Below, piece by piece: positions 1 to 16,944 of a DNA stretch of 64,000 nt (its first letter is position 1; each line of letters starts with the position of its first letter). The position numbers were made by a program, and so were the translations under genes. The stretch comes from the human T2T-CHM13v2.0 reference genome, Homo sapiens. Below the pieces are notes generated by a model. It had not been told where the DNA came from, did not search any database, and saw only the letters and a list, made by a program, of their open reading frames with translations. Where the stretch lies: assembly GCF_009914755.1 (NCBI RefSeq), contig NC_060928.1. One strand, 5' to 3'.

Positions 1-1188
1 AATGATACATAAATGCACTGTCATTGTTTTTCATTTTTTTCCTCTGGGGAAATAGAGACTAGCTGCTCTAAATTTTTCACATTGTTTATAAATATTCACT
101 ATAGAGCAAGAAAATAGACTAGACAGGCACCAAATATCTTCATCACAACTCTAGTCTCCTTGCTAGTGCATAGAAATCAATAGAATCCTCCATCAAAATT
201 TTCTTGTTACATTTTTCGGTCTTCTAAAAAGTTTTATCACACTTGCTGGCAATTCAGGAAATTAAGTAGAAAGTTATGTTTCATGATGACTCTCTGGCAG
301 GAAGCAAGATCAGAAGTGTAACAGAAAGACTTCCACAGTTTTTTGACAACCTTACCCTCAAAATAGCAAACTTCTAAATTTATTATTTACTATAAACTAA
401 AAGTAAAAACAAAGATATTTGGGTGAATGCTTTAACACTTAAAAATCTAGCTAAACTGCTATTTCTAATTTTTTAATGTAGAGTTCTAGACAAAACATTG
501 TCTCCTTCCTATCCTAATTATATGGTCTTTGGTTTCAACCTACCCAAAGATTGTACCCATGACCAAAGAAAGCCACTTACATGGATGAAATTCATGCTGA
601 CTTGATGAATATAAATGGCTGGAAGTGCATGACAGTTATTTGCAGTACTGTCAGTTTAGAAGAGATGTGTTTTTTCTTGTCTTTAAGAGTCACAGCATGA
701 AATCAAACATACTCATTAAAATTTTATTATTTCATTTTATTCCTGGATTGTGTCCTGATCTATAAAATAACTATCCTGAGAAATATTTTTAAAATAAGTG
801 CACAAATGCATACATGCTCTTTCTTTCTTTGGGATATTCCTGAACCTAAAGACATTTGAGGATTTTGCTTATATGCTCACCTTTGATCAGACCTCCTCAG
901 CTCACACAATCATCATCTATCATGCAAAGCCCTTCTTTGTTTAATTCTACATTTAGTCTCTACTCCATCTCATTCCACTACTCAACCCCGCTCTCTCACT
1001 TACCATGATCACCCACCAGAATCTTTTGACAAGTATATTTTGATATTGTATATTTTTTTAAAATACAGTGTTGGTCCATGTACATAAGTGCTGTAAATTT
1101 ACATAAATGATATTTTTCTATATATCTCATCCTGTTTCTTACTTTTTTACTCAAAATCTTTCAATAATCTATCAACGTTGTACATACC

Positions 1189-1524
1189 TTTATTTATTTA
1201 TTTATTTATTTTTTGAGATGAAGTCTCGCTCTGTCACACAGGCTGGAGCACAGTGGCGTAATCTCGGCTCACTGCAACCTCCACCTCCCGGATCCAAGCA
1301 ATGCTTCCTGCCTCAGCCTCCCAAGTAGTTGGGATTACAGGCACCTGCCACCACGCCTGGCTAATTTTTGTGGGTTTGTTGTTGTTGTTGTTGTTGTTGT
1401 TTTTAATAGAGACGGGGTTTCTCCATGTTGGCCAGGCTGGTCTCGAACTCCTGACCTCAGGTGATCCACACATGTAGGCCTCCCAAAGTGCTGGGATTAC
1501 AGGCATGAGCCACCATGTGTGGCC
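1189..1524 (-). mobile_element. AluS (Sx/Sq-like) with (GTT)n microsatellite in the central linker
   Basis: Antisense Alu from '(ttta)n ttgagatgaagtctcgctctgtc' to 'gtggcc'. 'ctgacctcaggtgatcc' is Sx/Sq-type. TSD-like 'catacct(t/a)tattt' on both flanks; (gtt)n at about 1374-1401. Confidence 0.95.
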
Positions 1525-1649
1525 ATACCTATATTTAATTGCTTCTGGTTGCTATATAATATATCATGTCAGTATTGATTACATTTTTGGAGAGCTTTAT
1601 TGTCTTTTAATTTTTTAATTAAAAACATTTTTAATTAAAAAAATTTTTA

Positions 1650-1880
1650 TTTTTTAAATTGACAGTTAAAATTATATGAATTTATTTGGTACAACGTGAC
1701 ATTTTGAAGTATATATACATTGTGGAATGGTTAAATCTAGCTAATTAACAAATGCATTACCTCATATCATTTTTGTGGTGAGAACAATTAAGATCCACTC
1801 TATTTTTCAAGAATACAATATATCTTTATTAACTATAGTCACCACGCTATAAAATAGACCTCTTGTACTTATTTTTCCTA
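1650..1880 (-). mobile_element. L1MA-type 3' end fragment
   Basis: 'tttaaattgacagttaaaatt...atacattgtggaatggttaaatctagctaattaac...ttaactatagtcaccacgct' resembles antisense L1MA7/8 3' UTR. Confidence 0.75.
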
Positions 1881-2975
1881 AGGAGTGATTACAGTTTATT
1901 TATTTATTCCACTATTTCTAGATTGCCTCTAAAATCCTACTTCTACAAATAATGCTACACTGAAGATATTTAACCATGGTTCTAAAAGTTTTCTTATGCA
2001 CTTATCCTACAGAGGAATGACTGTCTCGCATAGTATATATTTTCTTGATCAAAAGGTCTTGCCTAATCTAGGCGTTTATTAGTGTGCAAGTCTATCTACA
2101 CCTCTGTCTTGCAGTGAATAAGGATTATTATTTGCCTACACCCCAACCGTTATTTACTTTTATCCAACCTTCTAATTGTCAGTCCAGCTGGTGTAAAATT
2201 ATATTGTTGTGATTTTCATTTTCTGATTATTAATGAATCTGAGTAAGTAACTAATTGGCATGTTTATGAGCTATTCCAGGTTTCTTTTTGGGAAATTACC
2301 TATTTCTCTCTTGTTCTGGTAATGGATGATTCAACTATTTTTTTCCCCCTGTTGTTGATTTTAAGACCTCCTTGATCTCTGCTTTTTCCTCCCTTGATCT
2401 CATATTATTTTAAACACAAAGTAGCATTCCTCCATAAATGCTAGGTGAGTTATGCCCTCTTTGCTCTTTTTATGTAACTGTTGACCCTCTCTTTCTGTCA
2501 AACAATATTGGAAAAATGTTTCTTACCTGCCATATTCAATACCTACAAATGTTATGCTATTTTATGAGTAACTCCAGAACCATGAATTTGAAAGAATGTA
2601 GAGAGGCAAGAAAGTAGACACTCAGTATTCCAGGAAGCATAATTCATTATGCATTAATTCCTTATGTTACTTACATTATGAGCAAGGATTTTACAAGATA
2701 GCTAGTCTTTTCTCTTTCCTAGGCAGTTTCAAAACTCAAATCTTTCTCATGTTTTGAAAAACTGTCCATTTCTTATGTCACAAGGCTACTTCCTCAAATC
2801 TTTATGACACTGAGTTGCAGCAACCTTCTGTTTCCAGAATGTAGGGCAAGATGTAGAGAAGCATTTTCCTGGGTCATTTTAGTAAGAATGGATGTGTAGG
2901 GTGACGAGCTCCACTGTGACCAGGCTGAGCACTGAATCTGAAGTGTCAGAAACGCCTATGTGTTACTTAATAAAT

Positions 2976-3024
2976 TGTGTGTGTGTGTGTGTGTGTGTGC
3001 ATGTGTATGAGAGAGAGAGAGAGA
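2976..3024. repeat. Compound (TG)n/(GA)n microsatellite
   Basis: tgtgtg...tgcatgtgtatgagagagagagagag, seen directly. Confidence 0.95.
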
Positions 3025-3339
3025 AAATTTGTGCTATATGGGAATCTTTATAGTGTGAGATTGAAGGCAGGACTCCCTCAGAGCATTTTCTAAGAACAGC
3101 ATAGTTCATATACATTATATTTAGGGGCTCCGGATTGAATTCACAGTTTTTCATTATGAACTAGTCTGGATTTGGTTAACCCTATGCACTCTGTGCTAAA
3201 TTCATGAGGGACAGATAACTAATGGCCATGACAGAGGTGGGTAAAGATAATGGTGGGATTTGCATTAAGTCAAGAAAGAACTGTTTGCAAGATGCAATAC
3301 TAAGTGTAAGAACAGAGAATTTCTTAAGGATAACAGCCT

Positions 3340-3510
3340 ACATTTACTAAGTATTTTAACTTCACAATAAAACGAGTTAATGCATATATAGAATTACATA
3401 TACATTTTTAGAAAATTCTGCAAAACTGAAGGTAAATAACTTGTTTAGTATCCCACCATAAGTGACAGCTGGGATTTGTACCCAGGCAGTCAGGGTCCAG
3501 AGTCAGTGAT
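3340..3510 (-). mobile_element. MIR fragment
   Basis: 'aaaactgaagg...aataacttg...ccacc...aagtgacagctgggatttgtacccaggcagtc...tccagagtc' is an antisense MIR core. Confidence 0.6.
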
Positions 3511-3952
3511 AGTGACACGAATATATATCCTTGACAGCACGTTTCAGTGAAATAGTTGTTCAAGTCATGAATCTCGTTTTCAAGGCTACAACTCATTGAA
3601 AGAAGCTAACATAAAGTATGTATTATGATGAGACAGCGTGGCCTAACTTCAGAAAAATTTAAGGATACGAATAAACATGTATTCATAATGCATGGGTCCA
3701 GAAACCTGGCTATCATTGCTTCCCCAGACCCATTCTTACACTATATTTAGACTCCAGTGACTACCGTTGACCGACTTCTGATTTTCCCAAATCCCTATTC
3801 CCTCTGTAGGGAAATATTGCCCAATTTTGCTTTTGTTTAATCAGGGCATAAATCTTAGATATCTAATCAGTTATAGATTTTCTTATATCAGAGTCAATCA
3901 ACTCTGATTAGTGATGAAGGTGAAAGGAAGCGGTCATTACATGTCAATGATT

Positions 3953-3991
3953 TGACACAAATAGGAGAGATGACACAAATAGGAGAGATGA
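3953..3991. repeat. Perfect 18-bp tandem duplication
   Basis: tgacacaaataggagaga x2 plus tga. Confidence 0.95.
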
Positions 3992-4849
3992 AGATTAGGC
4001 AGGAATTATGAATAAAACATTCAGTACCATGATCACTGATATTTTTCTAATATCATCCACATTCATATTATCACCCTGTGTGTGATTTAAAACACTCACT
4101 CTCCCCTCAGAGAGATATTTGGCCAATGCATTCTGTGCTAACAGTACAGTTCCATAGAATAAGCTGTTCCCAGTGTGAAAATTCAGTTCTGGTGTTGATG
4201 TCCTTCTGTATCCTTTGAAATTTTTAGACACCGTCAATCTATCCTATATAGAAAAATAGGGGAAAGCAAGCAGAATATTCAATAATCACAGTTAATCATA
4301 ATTTCTGCTTAATGTTAACAAAACAAGAAATTACTGTAAACTTCATTATTGAGTCGTAATCATTGCAGCTATTCAGAAGCCATTCCTTTACTCACTTACA
4401 CCTTCTTCAGGCATTAAGCCAGTATATCTATCAATATTTTTTTCAAATATAATGAGATCTTTATTACAGATGAATCAAAGTCCATTTTGATCTTGTCCTA
4501 TAAGCTTCAGTTAATCTTTACAAATGGAAAAGCAGTGTAACACCTAAGGGCTCCTCTGGATTCTACTCTTAACTATATGGTTCCTATTACATACTACAAA
4601 TATTATTTACTATATTGAAAATTAGTCATGTATTCATCCAAAATGTAACACGTCTACCTTGTAAGAAAACAAACAAAATTTTGTTCTCATGTATAATAAG
4701 AAGCCAAGATTTCCAAGATTTTCTTTCTAATTTACTGAAACCATTATCGTCTTTCCTGGTAGAAATGTCATTCTAGTCAGTGGTGAACCTCTAGATCACA
4801 GAAACCAGTATAGAGTTAAAGAAAGATTTGAGATAGTTTAGTATGAGCA

Positions 4850-5530
<681 letters not shown>

Positions 5531-6479
5531 AAGAAAATAATAGCTTTTGGTTGGTGGCAAATCTTATAGATGAGGTCATCAGTGAGCAACTGTTTATTTA
5601 TTATTGTAAAGTTAATTATCTGAATTAGAGCTCCTATAGGTTTAGTTCAATTTTCAGTTGTTTATTTTGGCTTTTGTTTAGATTAACATGTATGAAGGAC
5701 TGTCTCTTGATCAGAGGTACAACTTTCCTTTCACAATAAAAGTCTTTGGGGTTTATCACTGCTTAGAAAATTTTGATTTAGACAGGACCCATCAGGATAT
5801 TGGGTAAAATATTACTCTTGAAACTCTTAACTTTCTATCAGAGAAATTGTTTATCTCTACTAGGTCCTAGTAACAGATTCACACTTACTGCAGATCAGTG
5901 GAAGAAAGATCAGTACTCCAAAACTTAAAGTACATTTATTATTGCCCAAGATTCCAATTAGTTGTGAAATTTTTGTGTACAAACACCAAAAATTTGTGGC
6001 CACAAACATCTGTAATTTTATAGATTCTGAAGAAAATATGTGGTTCAGGAAAAGACTGTTTCATTGCCCTCAAGACTGATGCTAAAATTTCTTGTCATAA
6101 GGCCATCACTCAAATTTGTTTAGTGAATTGCTATAGATGATCTAGTAAAATGTCCAGCTCTGGAGTGTACTGTTTTCAAAACAATCAAGGATCAGGCCTC
6201 TTTCTTTGTAGTTAGTGGCTACAGAGATAGCATTCTTGTTTGCTTGTTTGTTTGTTTATTACGAGACTATGGAATGTCCCTCTGGGCTCAAGGCCAGATA
6301 AGTCAAAGGCAATCACTGGAATGCGGAGCCTTAGATATTAACCCTAGGTTAGGTAAGACTCAGGTTCTGAGTCTTACCAGCTCAAGAAAAAAGGAAGAAA
6401 CTGGCACCTGAAATGCTCAACATATTTATAAGGGTTAGGCACAGGAATGTGTCTATGTAACAATAAAAGACCCCTGGTG

Positions 6480-7850
6480 GACAAAGTGGTCTCAATAGCT
6501 ACTAATCCCCTTTTCTTCTAATGGGTCAAGTCTCTGTTAAATTGCCAGAGATGGGCGAAAATGAGCCATATTTGTGTCTTTGCCTAAAGCTATCTTGGTC
6601 TGGATTTTGAAATGGAATTCTCTTAATTGAAGTTTCAGTTATGTCACGGAGACCATTGAGACTATAGTTTAAAGTAAGGTTTGACACCGACATGCAGAAG
6701 TTGCAAAAAGAGCTGTAAGAGAAAATTAGTCATGTATCTCATTTAACTGTGGTTAAATTCTGTTCTGTAAAAGTGGTTATCAATTTAGGTAGAAATGCAA
6801 AGAAAATTTATTTGAAGAGAGTTTCTTCTTGGTGAGTCTCACCATTCCCAAAGAAAAATCTGTTTTCCTACCTCCTAAACTTAAGCCTTGTGAAAGGGCT
6901 TCAAAGAGATTCAGTAGAATCCTTGGCATATATGCCCCCTGCTGTTTGTGAGATGATCACTAAACTAATGTGTGAGTCATTCCTTAGAAATCTAAATGGC
7001 TAGATGTGTTGGCTGAGGACCTGTGTCAGAGAAGAACATGAGCCACGGTTTTAGGAAAATTTCATTTCCACAATTTGTCGCAAAAGAGAATGAATGTTTC
7101 CTTGAACCAGATATGGATCCTAATTGGAAGAAAGAGTGGCGTAGGATTATCTTGGATGCTGCCGAGGTGACCACCTGGAGTAAAAAAAAAACTCGGCAAA
7201 AAGAAGCTGAAGTTGACACCATACGCACAGGCGTCGAGAAAGAAAGAACCAGGAGAAAGAGAGAAATGCATTTGCCTTTTCCATAAAACAATAGTTGACC
7301 AGTCTACTGAGATTGGGGAGTAGGGGAAGGAAACATTTTCAAAAGGAAAATGAGAGCACCTGATGAGAAAGCCTATTAGGTTTAGAAAAGAGTTATGCCA
7401 GAACAGTGCCAGATAGGTGCTCCTGTCCCCGCCCTTTCTTCTACTCCTTTCTTCAACCTCAAGGATCAGAAGTCATGACTAAATGAATAGAGAGGTTGGG
7501 ACTGGCAAAGCAAAGTGAGAAGAGCCTGACTTTGCTGCTCCATCTCGCTGCAGCTTCACTTATCTCAAAGAGTGGAGACCCAAATGGAATTTAAATTTGT
7601 ATTACTATTGCACTGAACCGGGCTTATAAAGTCACCAAAAAAGTCTGTGTTCTATGAGTCTTAGTGACCATAGAACTTTTAGCACCTAATATTCGCAAGA
7701 AAAGACAATGTACACTGTACTTTTTTTTATCCAGTTAGAGGAAGAACTGGCACTGCAACATTTAAAGTGATCATGGAAAAATAATAATAAAGTGCTTTAT
7801 ATTCACATCTCATGAATCATGTTTATTCAATTCGCTGATTGTACTAGCAA
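6480..7850 (+). mobile_element. Ancient LTR, possibly LTR78-like
   Basis: The 3' end 'aataaagtgctttatattcacatctcatgaatcatgtttattcaattcgctgattgtact' resembles a recalled LTR78 terminus. Weak call, boundaries approximate. Confidence 0.35.
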
Positions 7851-8833
7851 AACTTTTGCAGATCTCCCCTTTAACATTTCATTTCATTCTATTTTTAATC
7901 CTAGATGAGAGAAATGTGGATCTGAAGGGAGACATTGAATTTCTAAAAAAAAAAATTTACATTTCTGAAAAAAGTTGCTGTGTAATATAACTGTCAAGAT
8001 TTAAATCATCCACATGAAACTGACTGTATTCAGATTCCAGAAATGTTTCAATTGATAAATACAGAAAATGAAAAAGGAAAAAAGAAAGTAATAATCCATG
8101 GTTACACAAGACAGCTGTACTCTTTTCTCTGGGCTTTTCTATTGTCAGTTTGATTAATGGGATGTCTTTAAATGTATCTCCTTTTGGATATCTTATATCT
8201 CAACAAGTCTATTTCATGTTTTTGCCACCAACATTTCCAGTAGATTTCTTCTAACATGTCAGAATGACAGATAAGTTTCCATAGTCAGCCTTATAGAGAG
8301 CTCATTATTGTTTCAAACCAGTGCAATTGCCCTTAAGTTTCCCTAACCAGAGGGCCTTTGGAGGGCCATGTCATTTCCAAACTCACGATGAGTAAAGGTG
8401 GCATTTCTGGGCTTAAAATAAGGGTATAAGTCACCAATTAAAGTCAAGTACTAATTTTTGCAAGATAATCTCCTGAGTTGATAGAAAATAAAAAATATTA
8501 AATATTTTAAATGCATTGTATGGGCTGCCAAATTTTTTCATGTAAGCTATCCGTAATTTCTTTTTGTATTACTTAGCTAGTAATAGTAGAATAATCGAAC
8601 TTTTTAAATTTATTTAGTTCACTTTCTTAGGAGAAAACTTTGAATAAAGCAGCATTTCTACAATATATAATGGCAATAAATGATCATCAGTTTTTATTCT
8701 AGAAAATATTTATAAACTATATACATACCTATGTCATTTACTCCCTAAAACACATGTCTAGATCACAGGGTTTAACTATCTTCCCTAAAATTATTTCTTT
8801 CTGTCAAATATTTGTTTAAAAAAAATGAATGTG

Positions 8834-9170
<337 letters not shown>

Positions 9171-12100
9171 TCAATCTGTCAGTAGAAAGACCAAACAAAT
9201 TGTAACGTGTCACGCAAAACCATGTAAAAATATTCACAACTCAATTGCAAGATCTTTTAAATGTCCTGAGAAGTTAAGTGATTCTAAAAATGTGGAAGAG
9301 CTTAAGATTATATTTAGTTTTAGACTTTTTAGACTCAGAGAAGATATTTACATCTTTTAAGAAGAGACACAATGTGTAATTCAATAAAGTGAGTAACATG
9401 GGTGAGAACTGCAGACTAAAGACAAAGAGAATTAGGTAATGTGAGCAATTTAAGATTTTGGACTGCTTTGTGTCCATTTTAATGTGTAGGCACCTTTCAA
9501 CTCTAGAAAGAAAACTAACTACAGCAAGGTTTAAAAGAGTCAAAGCACTATTATTAGTACTTTTGTGTTAAGAAGGAACCACTTCTCTTTTTTCGATGGT
9601 TTATATAGTTGAATATATTTGAGATAACTTAGCCTAATGGAATCTTAAAGTATAATTTTCAAAACAGTAAAATCATGAATTTCATAAAAATAGAAAATGA
9701 ACACTACCAAAGATTTTGTTTATTTACTGATTGTTGAAGAAACAAGTAAAGTTTTAAAACTGGTTCAAATGAGAATATGGCTTTCAGAGACTTATATTCT
9801 CTTTCAGACCAAATTTATTTGTGTTGTCATCTTTAGGGATCATTTTTAAGATTAATCATTTTATGATAAATCATTTTTATAATTAACCATTTTATTTTTA
9901 TGATCAGAAAACCTGCATCATTTTCAATTTTTACAATTTCTATATCTACAAAATTGTAAACTGGTCAATTAACAGTGCATCTTGACTACAGAATTAGAAA
10001 ATACCCAAAAGACTAGTAAACATTACCTAGAACCCCACCATACCCAATAATTTCTTACATCCCTTCCAAAAATTTGACATTTTTTTTCCTGAGAAGAGTT
10101 AGAGTTCTGTAATTTTAAATTACAATGTGTAATAAAGTAATTAATTTAGATTTGTGATTATAAACAAAAATATAATGTTGAAACATTAAAGGCTTTTACT
10201 TCTATTTAATTTTAGTATGTTAGATTTCTTATTTAATTAAGTATGCAGAAAGATGTTATTAATTTAAAAAACAGATCTGTTTAAAATGAATACTAAATTT
10301 ATAAATGCAGTTAAAAATATTGGAAAATGTTTAAATAAATTTTTTAAAGAGACCAGACACATTCGATGTCCAAAAATAATTATTAAAATCTGTCGGAGTT
10401 GTGAGGTAGAATAACATTGCCATGCTGAGCTCAAAATTATAATAATAACTAAGTTTTGAACTGCAGCTTTAATATAATATCTGTATAAAGAAGATAAACC
10501 TATAAGAGGTCTTTTCTGCATATAAACTCAAACAAAAATTTAACACATATGTAAAACTAGTATATTATTCCTCCCTTTAGCACTTTTTTTGCTATTGCTT
10601 CTTTTTCATGTCAATGTATAAATAAATGCCATACATCGAATAAGTCAAATTTCAACAATATACCAAAATTTTAACATCTACTACTAAATTATTCTCCTGA
10701 TCATTATATGGCAAAATCTTTCTTCTAAGTAATTAATTTTTCACACCTATCATATTTCCCTTTGTCTATATATCTCAATTCAGTATAAAGATTTTTAAAT
10801 TTTCCTGCTGGATTTTTAACTTCTTTTTAACATTCCAAATGGCTTAATAAATACAGTACTGAAAACAAATATGTTATAAACAAATGCCCTCTGGTTGTGT
10901 CCACTTGGTAAGTTCATGAGACATTTCTGCCTCAACTATTGAGCCAATGCATGCGATCTGTTTCTGCATTAGCAAGGGACATTCAACATAAAGATCTCAA
11001 CAGTAATTTATGATTAACTTTAAATTCTGTGTTACTAAAATAATAGATCTTTCTCTCATCAACTTGGGCCTTTTGGGTTTTCTATAGTATCAAAACATCA
11101 CTAACAGATTTATTTTTGGTAATAGTATTTTATAAGATAAGTTTTTTATTACCAATCTTAACTTACATACAAAAGAAATTACTGTAATTTAAAAGATATT
11201 TGGTCTGTCTCACAGTCAACTGAGAATCAAGAGTAGGTGGATGAGTAGTCTCCTAAACAAGTTTTACTTCCATTACAATTTATCATATACTTAAGTATTT
11301 TATCAGAAAAGTTAATTTTTTCTCAGGAGAAAATTGTGAACCACATTGTACAAGAGGTTCTATCCCAAAGTTTAAAAATTGTCTTTATTGACGAGACCTA
11401 ACATTTATAGAACGTTTCACCTAACAGCTGCAGAATGTTCTTTTAATCAGCATATGAAACATTCTCCAGGATTGACCATACGTTAGGGAACAAAACAAGT
11501 CTCAAACAACTTTTAAAAATCAAAATTATATCAAGTGTCTTTTTGGACCACAGTGGAATAAAACAAGACATCAGTAACAAGAGGAACATTTGAAGCTATA
11601 CAAATACATGGAAATTAAACAACATGCTCCTGAATGACCAATGAGTGAAGTAAAAAAATAAGAATGAAATTTAAAAATTTCTTAAAACAAATGAAGATAG
11701 AAACACAACATACAGAAACCTAGGGGAGACAGCAAAAGCAGTATTAAAGACAAGTTTGTAGCAATAAATAAATGCCTACATCAAAAAATTAGATTTCAAA
11801 TAAAGAACCTAACATTGCACCTCAAGGTGCAAGGAACTAGAAAAGCAAGAGAAAAAAAACCCGAAATTAGTAAAAGGAAAGAAATAATAAAAATCAGTGT
11901 AGAATTAAATAAAACTGAGGCTGAAAAATGCACAAGATCAACAAAACAAAAGTTCCTTAGACCCAAATAAATAAAATCAGAACTGAAAAAGGAAATGTCA
12001 CAATGAATACCACAGACATAAAAAGGATCTTAGGAGACTACTATGAACAACTGTACACCAATAGATTCAAAAACCTAGAGGAAATGGATGAATTCCTGGA

Positions 12101-12994
12101 CAATCTATCAAGATTGAACTAAGAAAAAAATAGAAAACCTTAACAGACTAATAACAAATAATGAGACTGAACCACTATTTACTATTAAGACTTTTTATTT
12201 AAGCAACAAAATACTTAAATTAAAAGTCCTCCAAAAAATAAAATTCAACACTGGATGGCTTCACTACTAAATTTTTCAAACCTTTAAAAAAGAATTAATA
12301 CCAATTCTCCTCCAGCTATTCCAAAAACTTGAAGCAGAGGGAATTATTTCTAATTCATTCTATGAGACCAGCATAACCCTGATACCAAAACCAGAGAAGG
12401 ACCCAATTTTTTTAAAAAAGAAAGCTAAAGGCCAATATCCTTAATGAAACTAGATACAAAAATTCTCAAAAAAAAAAAAAAAAAAACCAAAAACTAGCAA
12501 ACTGAATCCAACAACACATCAAAAAGATAATATACTATGATCAAGTGGGATTTATCCCAGGATTGCAAGGATGTTTAAACATACACAAATCAATACATGT
12601 CATACATCACATCAACAGAATGAAGAACAAAAACCATAGAATCATCTCACTAAGTGCAGCAAAAGCATTTCATAAAATTCAACATCCCTCCATGACAAAA
12701 ACTCTCAATAAATTAGGTATAGGGAGAAAGTACTTCAACATAATAAAGGCCATATATGACAAACTCACAGCTAACATTTTACTGAATGGGGAAAAAGCTG
12801 AAAGATTTTCCTTTAAGAATGAGAACAAGACAAGAATGCTTACTCTCACCACTGTTATACAACATAGTACTGGAGGTCCTAGGCAGAGCAATTAGACAAG
12901 AGAAAGAAATAAAGGGCATCCAAATTGAAAAGGAGAAAGTCAAATTCTCCCTGTTTGCAGACAACATGATCAATATATATAGAAAAACCTAGAC

Positions 12995-13437
<443 letters not shown>

Positions 13438-13626
13438 CTAGACCTGAAAAAGAAACCAGGAAAGCAATTTGATTTACAATAGCTACCAAAAACAGAATAA
13501 ATAAATAAAATACCTAGGAATAAATTTAACCAAGGAGGTGAAAGACCTCTACAAAGAAAACCACAAAATACAGATAAAAGAAATGGAAGAGGACACAAAC
13601 AAATGGAAAGGCATCCCATCCTCGTG

Positions 13627-13642
13627 CACATACACACGCACA

Positions 13643-13678
<36 letters not shown>

Positions 13679-13686
13679 CAGAGAGA
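13627..13686. repeat. (CA)n(GA)n microsatellite within L1
   Basis: cacatacacacgcacaca...cagagagagag... Confidence 0.95.
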
Positions 13687-15329
13687 TCAATGGAACAGAA
13701 TAGAGAACTAAGAAATTAATGCACATATTTATGGCCAACTGATTTTTGACAAAGGTGCTGAGAATACTCACTGGAGAAAGGATGGTCTGTTTGATAAATG
13801 GTCTTAGGAAAACTGAATATCCATATGCAGAAGAATGAAACTAGACTCCCACCTCTCACCAATGTAAAAATCAACTCAAAATACATCAAAGGCCTAAAAG
13901 TAAGATGTGAAATGATAAAAGTACCAGAAGAAAACGTAAGGGAAATGCTCAAGACATTGGTCTGGAAAAGATTTTATGAAGAAGACCTCAAAAGCACAGG
14001 CAACGAAAGGGATTATATCAAATAAACAAATGGGACTATATCAAACTGAAAAGCATATGCACAGCAAAAGAAACAACAAAGTAAAAAGACAACATACAGA
14101 ATGGGAGAAAATATTTGCAAAGTACTAATTTGACAAGAAATTTATGTCCAGAATGTACAAATAATGACAACATCTCAACAGTAAAAAACACACCAAGTGA
14201 TCTGATTAAAAAATAGGCAATGATCTAAACAGACACTCAAATATATGAAAAAAAAGCTCAACATCACTAATCATCAGGGAAATGCAAATCAAAACCACAG
14301 TAAGGTATCATCTTACTGCAATTAGGATGACTATAATAAAAAAAAAAAGACAAAAAATAACAAATGCCGGTAAGGATGCAGAGACGTGGGAATGCTTATA
14401 CACTGTTGGTGGGGGTGTAAGTAAGTACAGCCACTATGGATAACAGCATGGAAGGTCCTCAAAAAATTACATATAAAACTACCATGGGACCCAGCAAATC
14501 CACTACTTGAAACTTACCCAAAGGAAAAGAAATCGTTATATCACAGAGACATAAGCACACCTTCATGTTTATTACATCATCATTCACAATAGCCAAGATA
14601 TGGAAGCAACTGAAGAGTACAACAGATGAATGGATTTTTTAAGAGGTGATATATATACACAACAAAATACTATTTAGCTATAAAAAAAGAATGAAATCCC
14701 ATCATTCACAACCACATGGAGACATTATGTTAACACTGGTGGGCATTATGTTAAGCAAAACAAGCTAGAAACAGAAAGTTAAATACTTTATTTTCTCATT
14801 CATATATGGAAGGCAAAAAAAAGTTGATCTCATCGAAGTAAAAAGTAGAACAGAAGATACTGAAAGCTAGGAAGAGTGGGGATAGTAAGAGATTTGGTAA
14901 ATAATATCTAGATAGGAGAAATAAGTTCTAGTGTTCTATACCACTGTAGGAAGACTATTGATAACAGTAATAGACAGTTTCCAATAGCTCGAAAAGGGAT
15001 ATAGAATGTTCTCAAAACAATGATAAGTGTTTGAAATGATGGATATGCTAATTATGTATATTGAAATATCACTCTGTAACCCATGAATATGTACAATTAT
15101 TATTTGTCAATTAAAAAATAAAATTTTTTAAAAAACTTTATTTTGCACTGGGTTATTGTGAAAAGACATGTCTTATCATAAATGACACAGATGTGTGTTA
15201 CTTGAACTCAAGCCTCCAATATGTCTTTACTGTCTACTACAGCATATGAAATTTATCAGAAAAATTATTTTGAAGAATCTTTTTTAGAAAGTTTTATTGC
15301 TACTACTACAAAAAACAAAAGATTATTAA

Positions 15330-15645
<316 letters not shown>

Positions 15646-16629
15646 TAATTCTTAAACAAAATATTGCTTTCTATGAAAAATAACCAAAAGGATATATTGT
15701 CTCATCCTAATAATTAAGAATTTATTAAATATCAGTTTTGCTGCTTGGTTAAATATTTAAACTAATTGGTATTATGCATTTTTGTGATTCTTTTATTACT
15801 AAATTGTAAGTATGTGTGCTAGAAACAGCAACAAGAAGAGACATTTAGTAGATATGTTCAAATATGAAAATTCAGTCTCAGAATTTTGGGACACCTTGCT
15901 ATTCTTTTCTATGGATAAACAGATACTTCATTATTGACAGCATTTTCCATTATAATATCTCATCCAGATTTCACAATGAAAAGTGGTCACTTTTATGAAA
16001 TAAGAAGAATGGACTAAAACATATTTTGGTTTTAAACTTAAGCATATTACTCCAGTAAAAATATACACAAAAGTGATGTGATTACAACCACGTGTGTGTT
16101 TCTTACCACTACACAAAGAGGCATAATGTGTTGAAAGCAGTGCTGTGTTTGACATCGTATTAGTCTGAAAACATAGTAGGCTAGTTTACAATAAAAAATA
16201 AATCCTGTAGATAATATATTTGAAGGCGAGCAATCATTTTATATTTGCAAAATTCTCATATAAGAGCATTTACGTAGAATATTTTAAGTATAGAACACAT
16301 ACATATATCCATTTTAGCTGGTGCTTACTAAATGTTTATTTAATTCATGATAATTTGATCTCACATTCATTGAACTTTTGAGCAGTACTGACTGGTTTCC
16401 CAAAATATACTGTAGGGTAGGACAAATGTTCAGTATAATTCAAGATACACAATGTAACAAATCAGAAGCCACTGTTGTATCAGTTTGGTGAAATAATAAT
16501 CATTATATAATCAATAATGAACTGTAGTGACTGTTTTGCTCCCAGAGGAATATCTGTCACCATATTTTGATAATCTTACATAACTAAATAACAATGCTTG
16601 TAATTAAAATATTATAATTTGATAGCTTA

Positions 16630-16944
<315 letters not shown>

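Larger units (their letters stand above)
760..2400 (-). mobile_element. Highly decayed old L1 (L1ME-like) fragment, interrupted by an Alu and an L1MA 3' end
   Basis: Antisense L1 3'/ORF2-like phrases (e.g. 'ttcattttctgattattaatgaatctgag', 'ccaggtttctttttgggaaattaccta'). Boundaries approximate. Confidence 0.4.

Noticed and set aside
1605-1650. AT palindromes (ttttaattaaaa twice)
   Set aside because: Low-complexity decay of an L1 poly(A) tail.
7023-7286. 87-aa charged ORF (MSEKNMSHG...) that looks protein-like
   Set aside because: Non-ATG first codon, purine-rich region within a probable ancient LTR, no recognisable domain or splice context.
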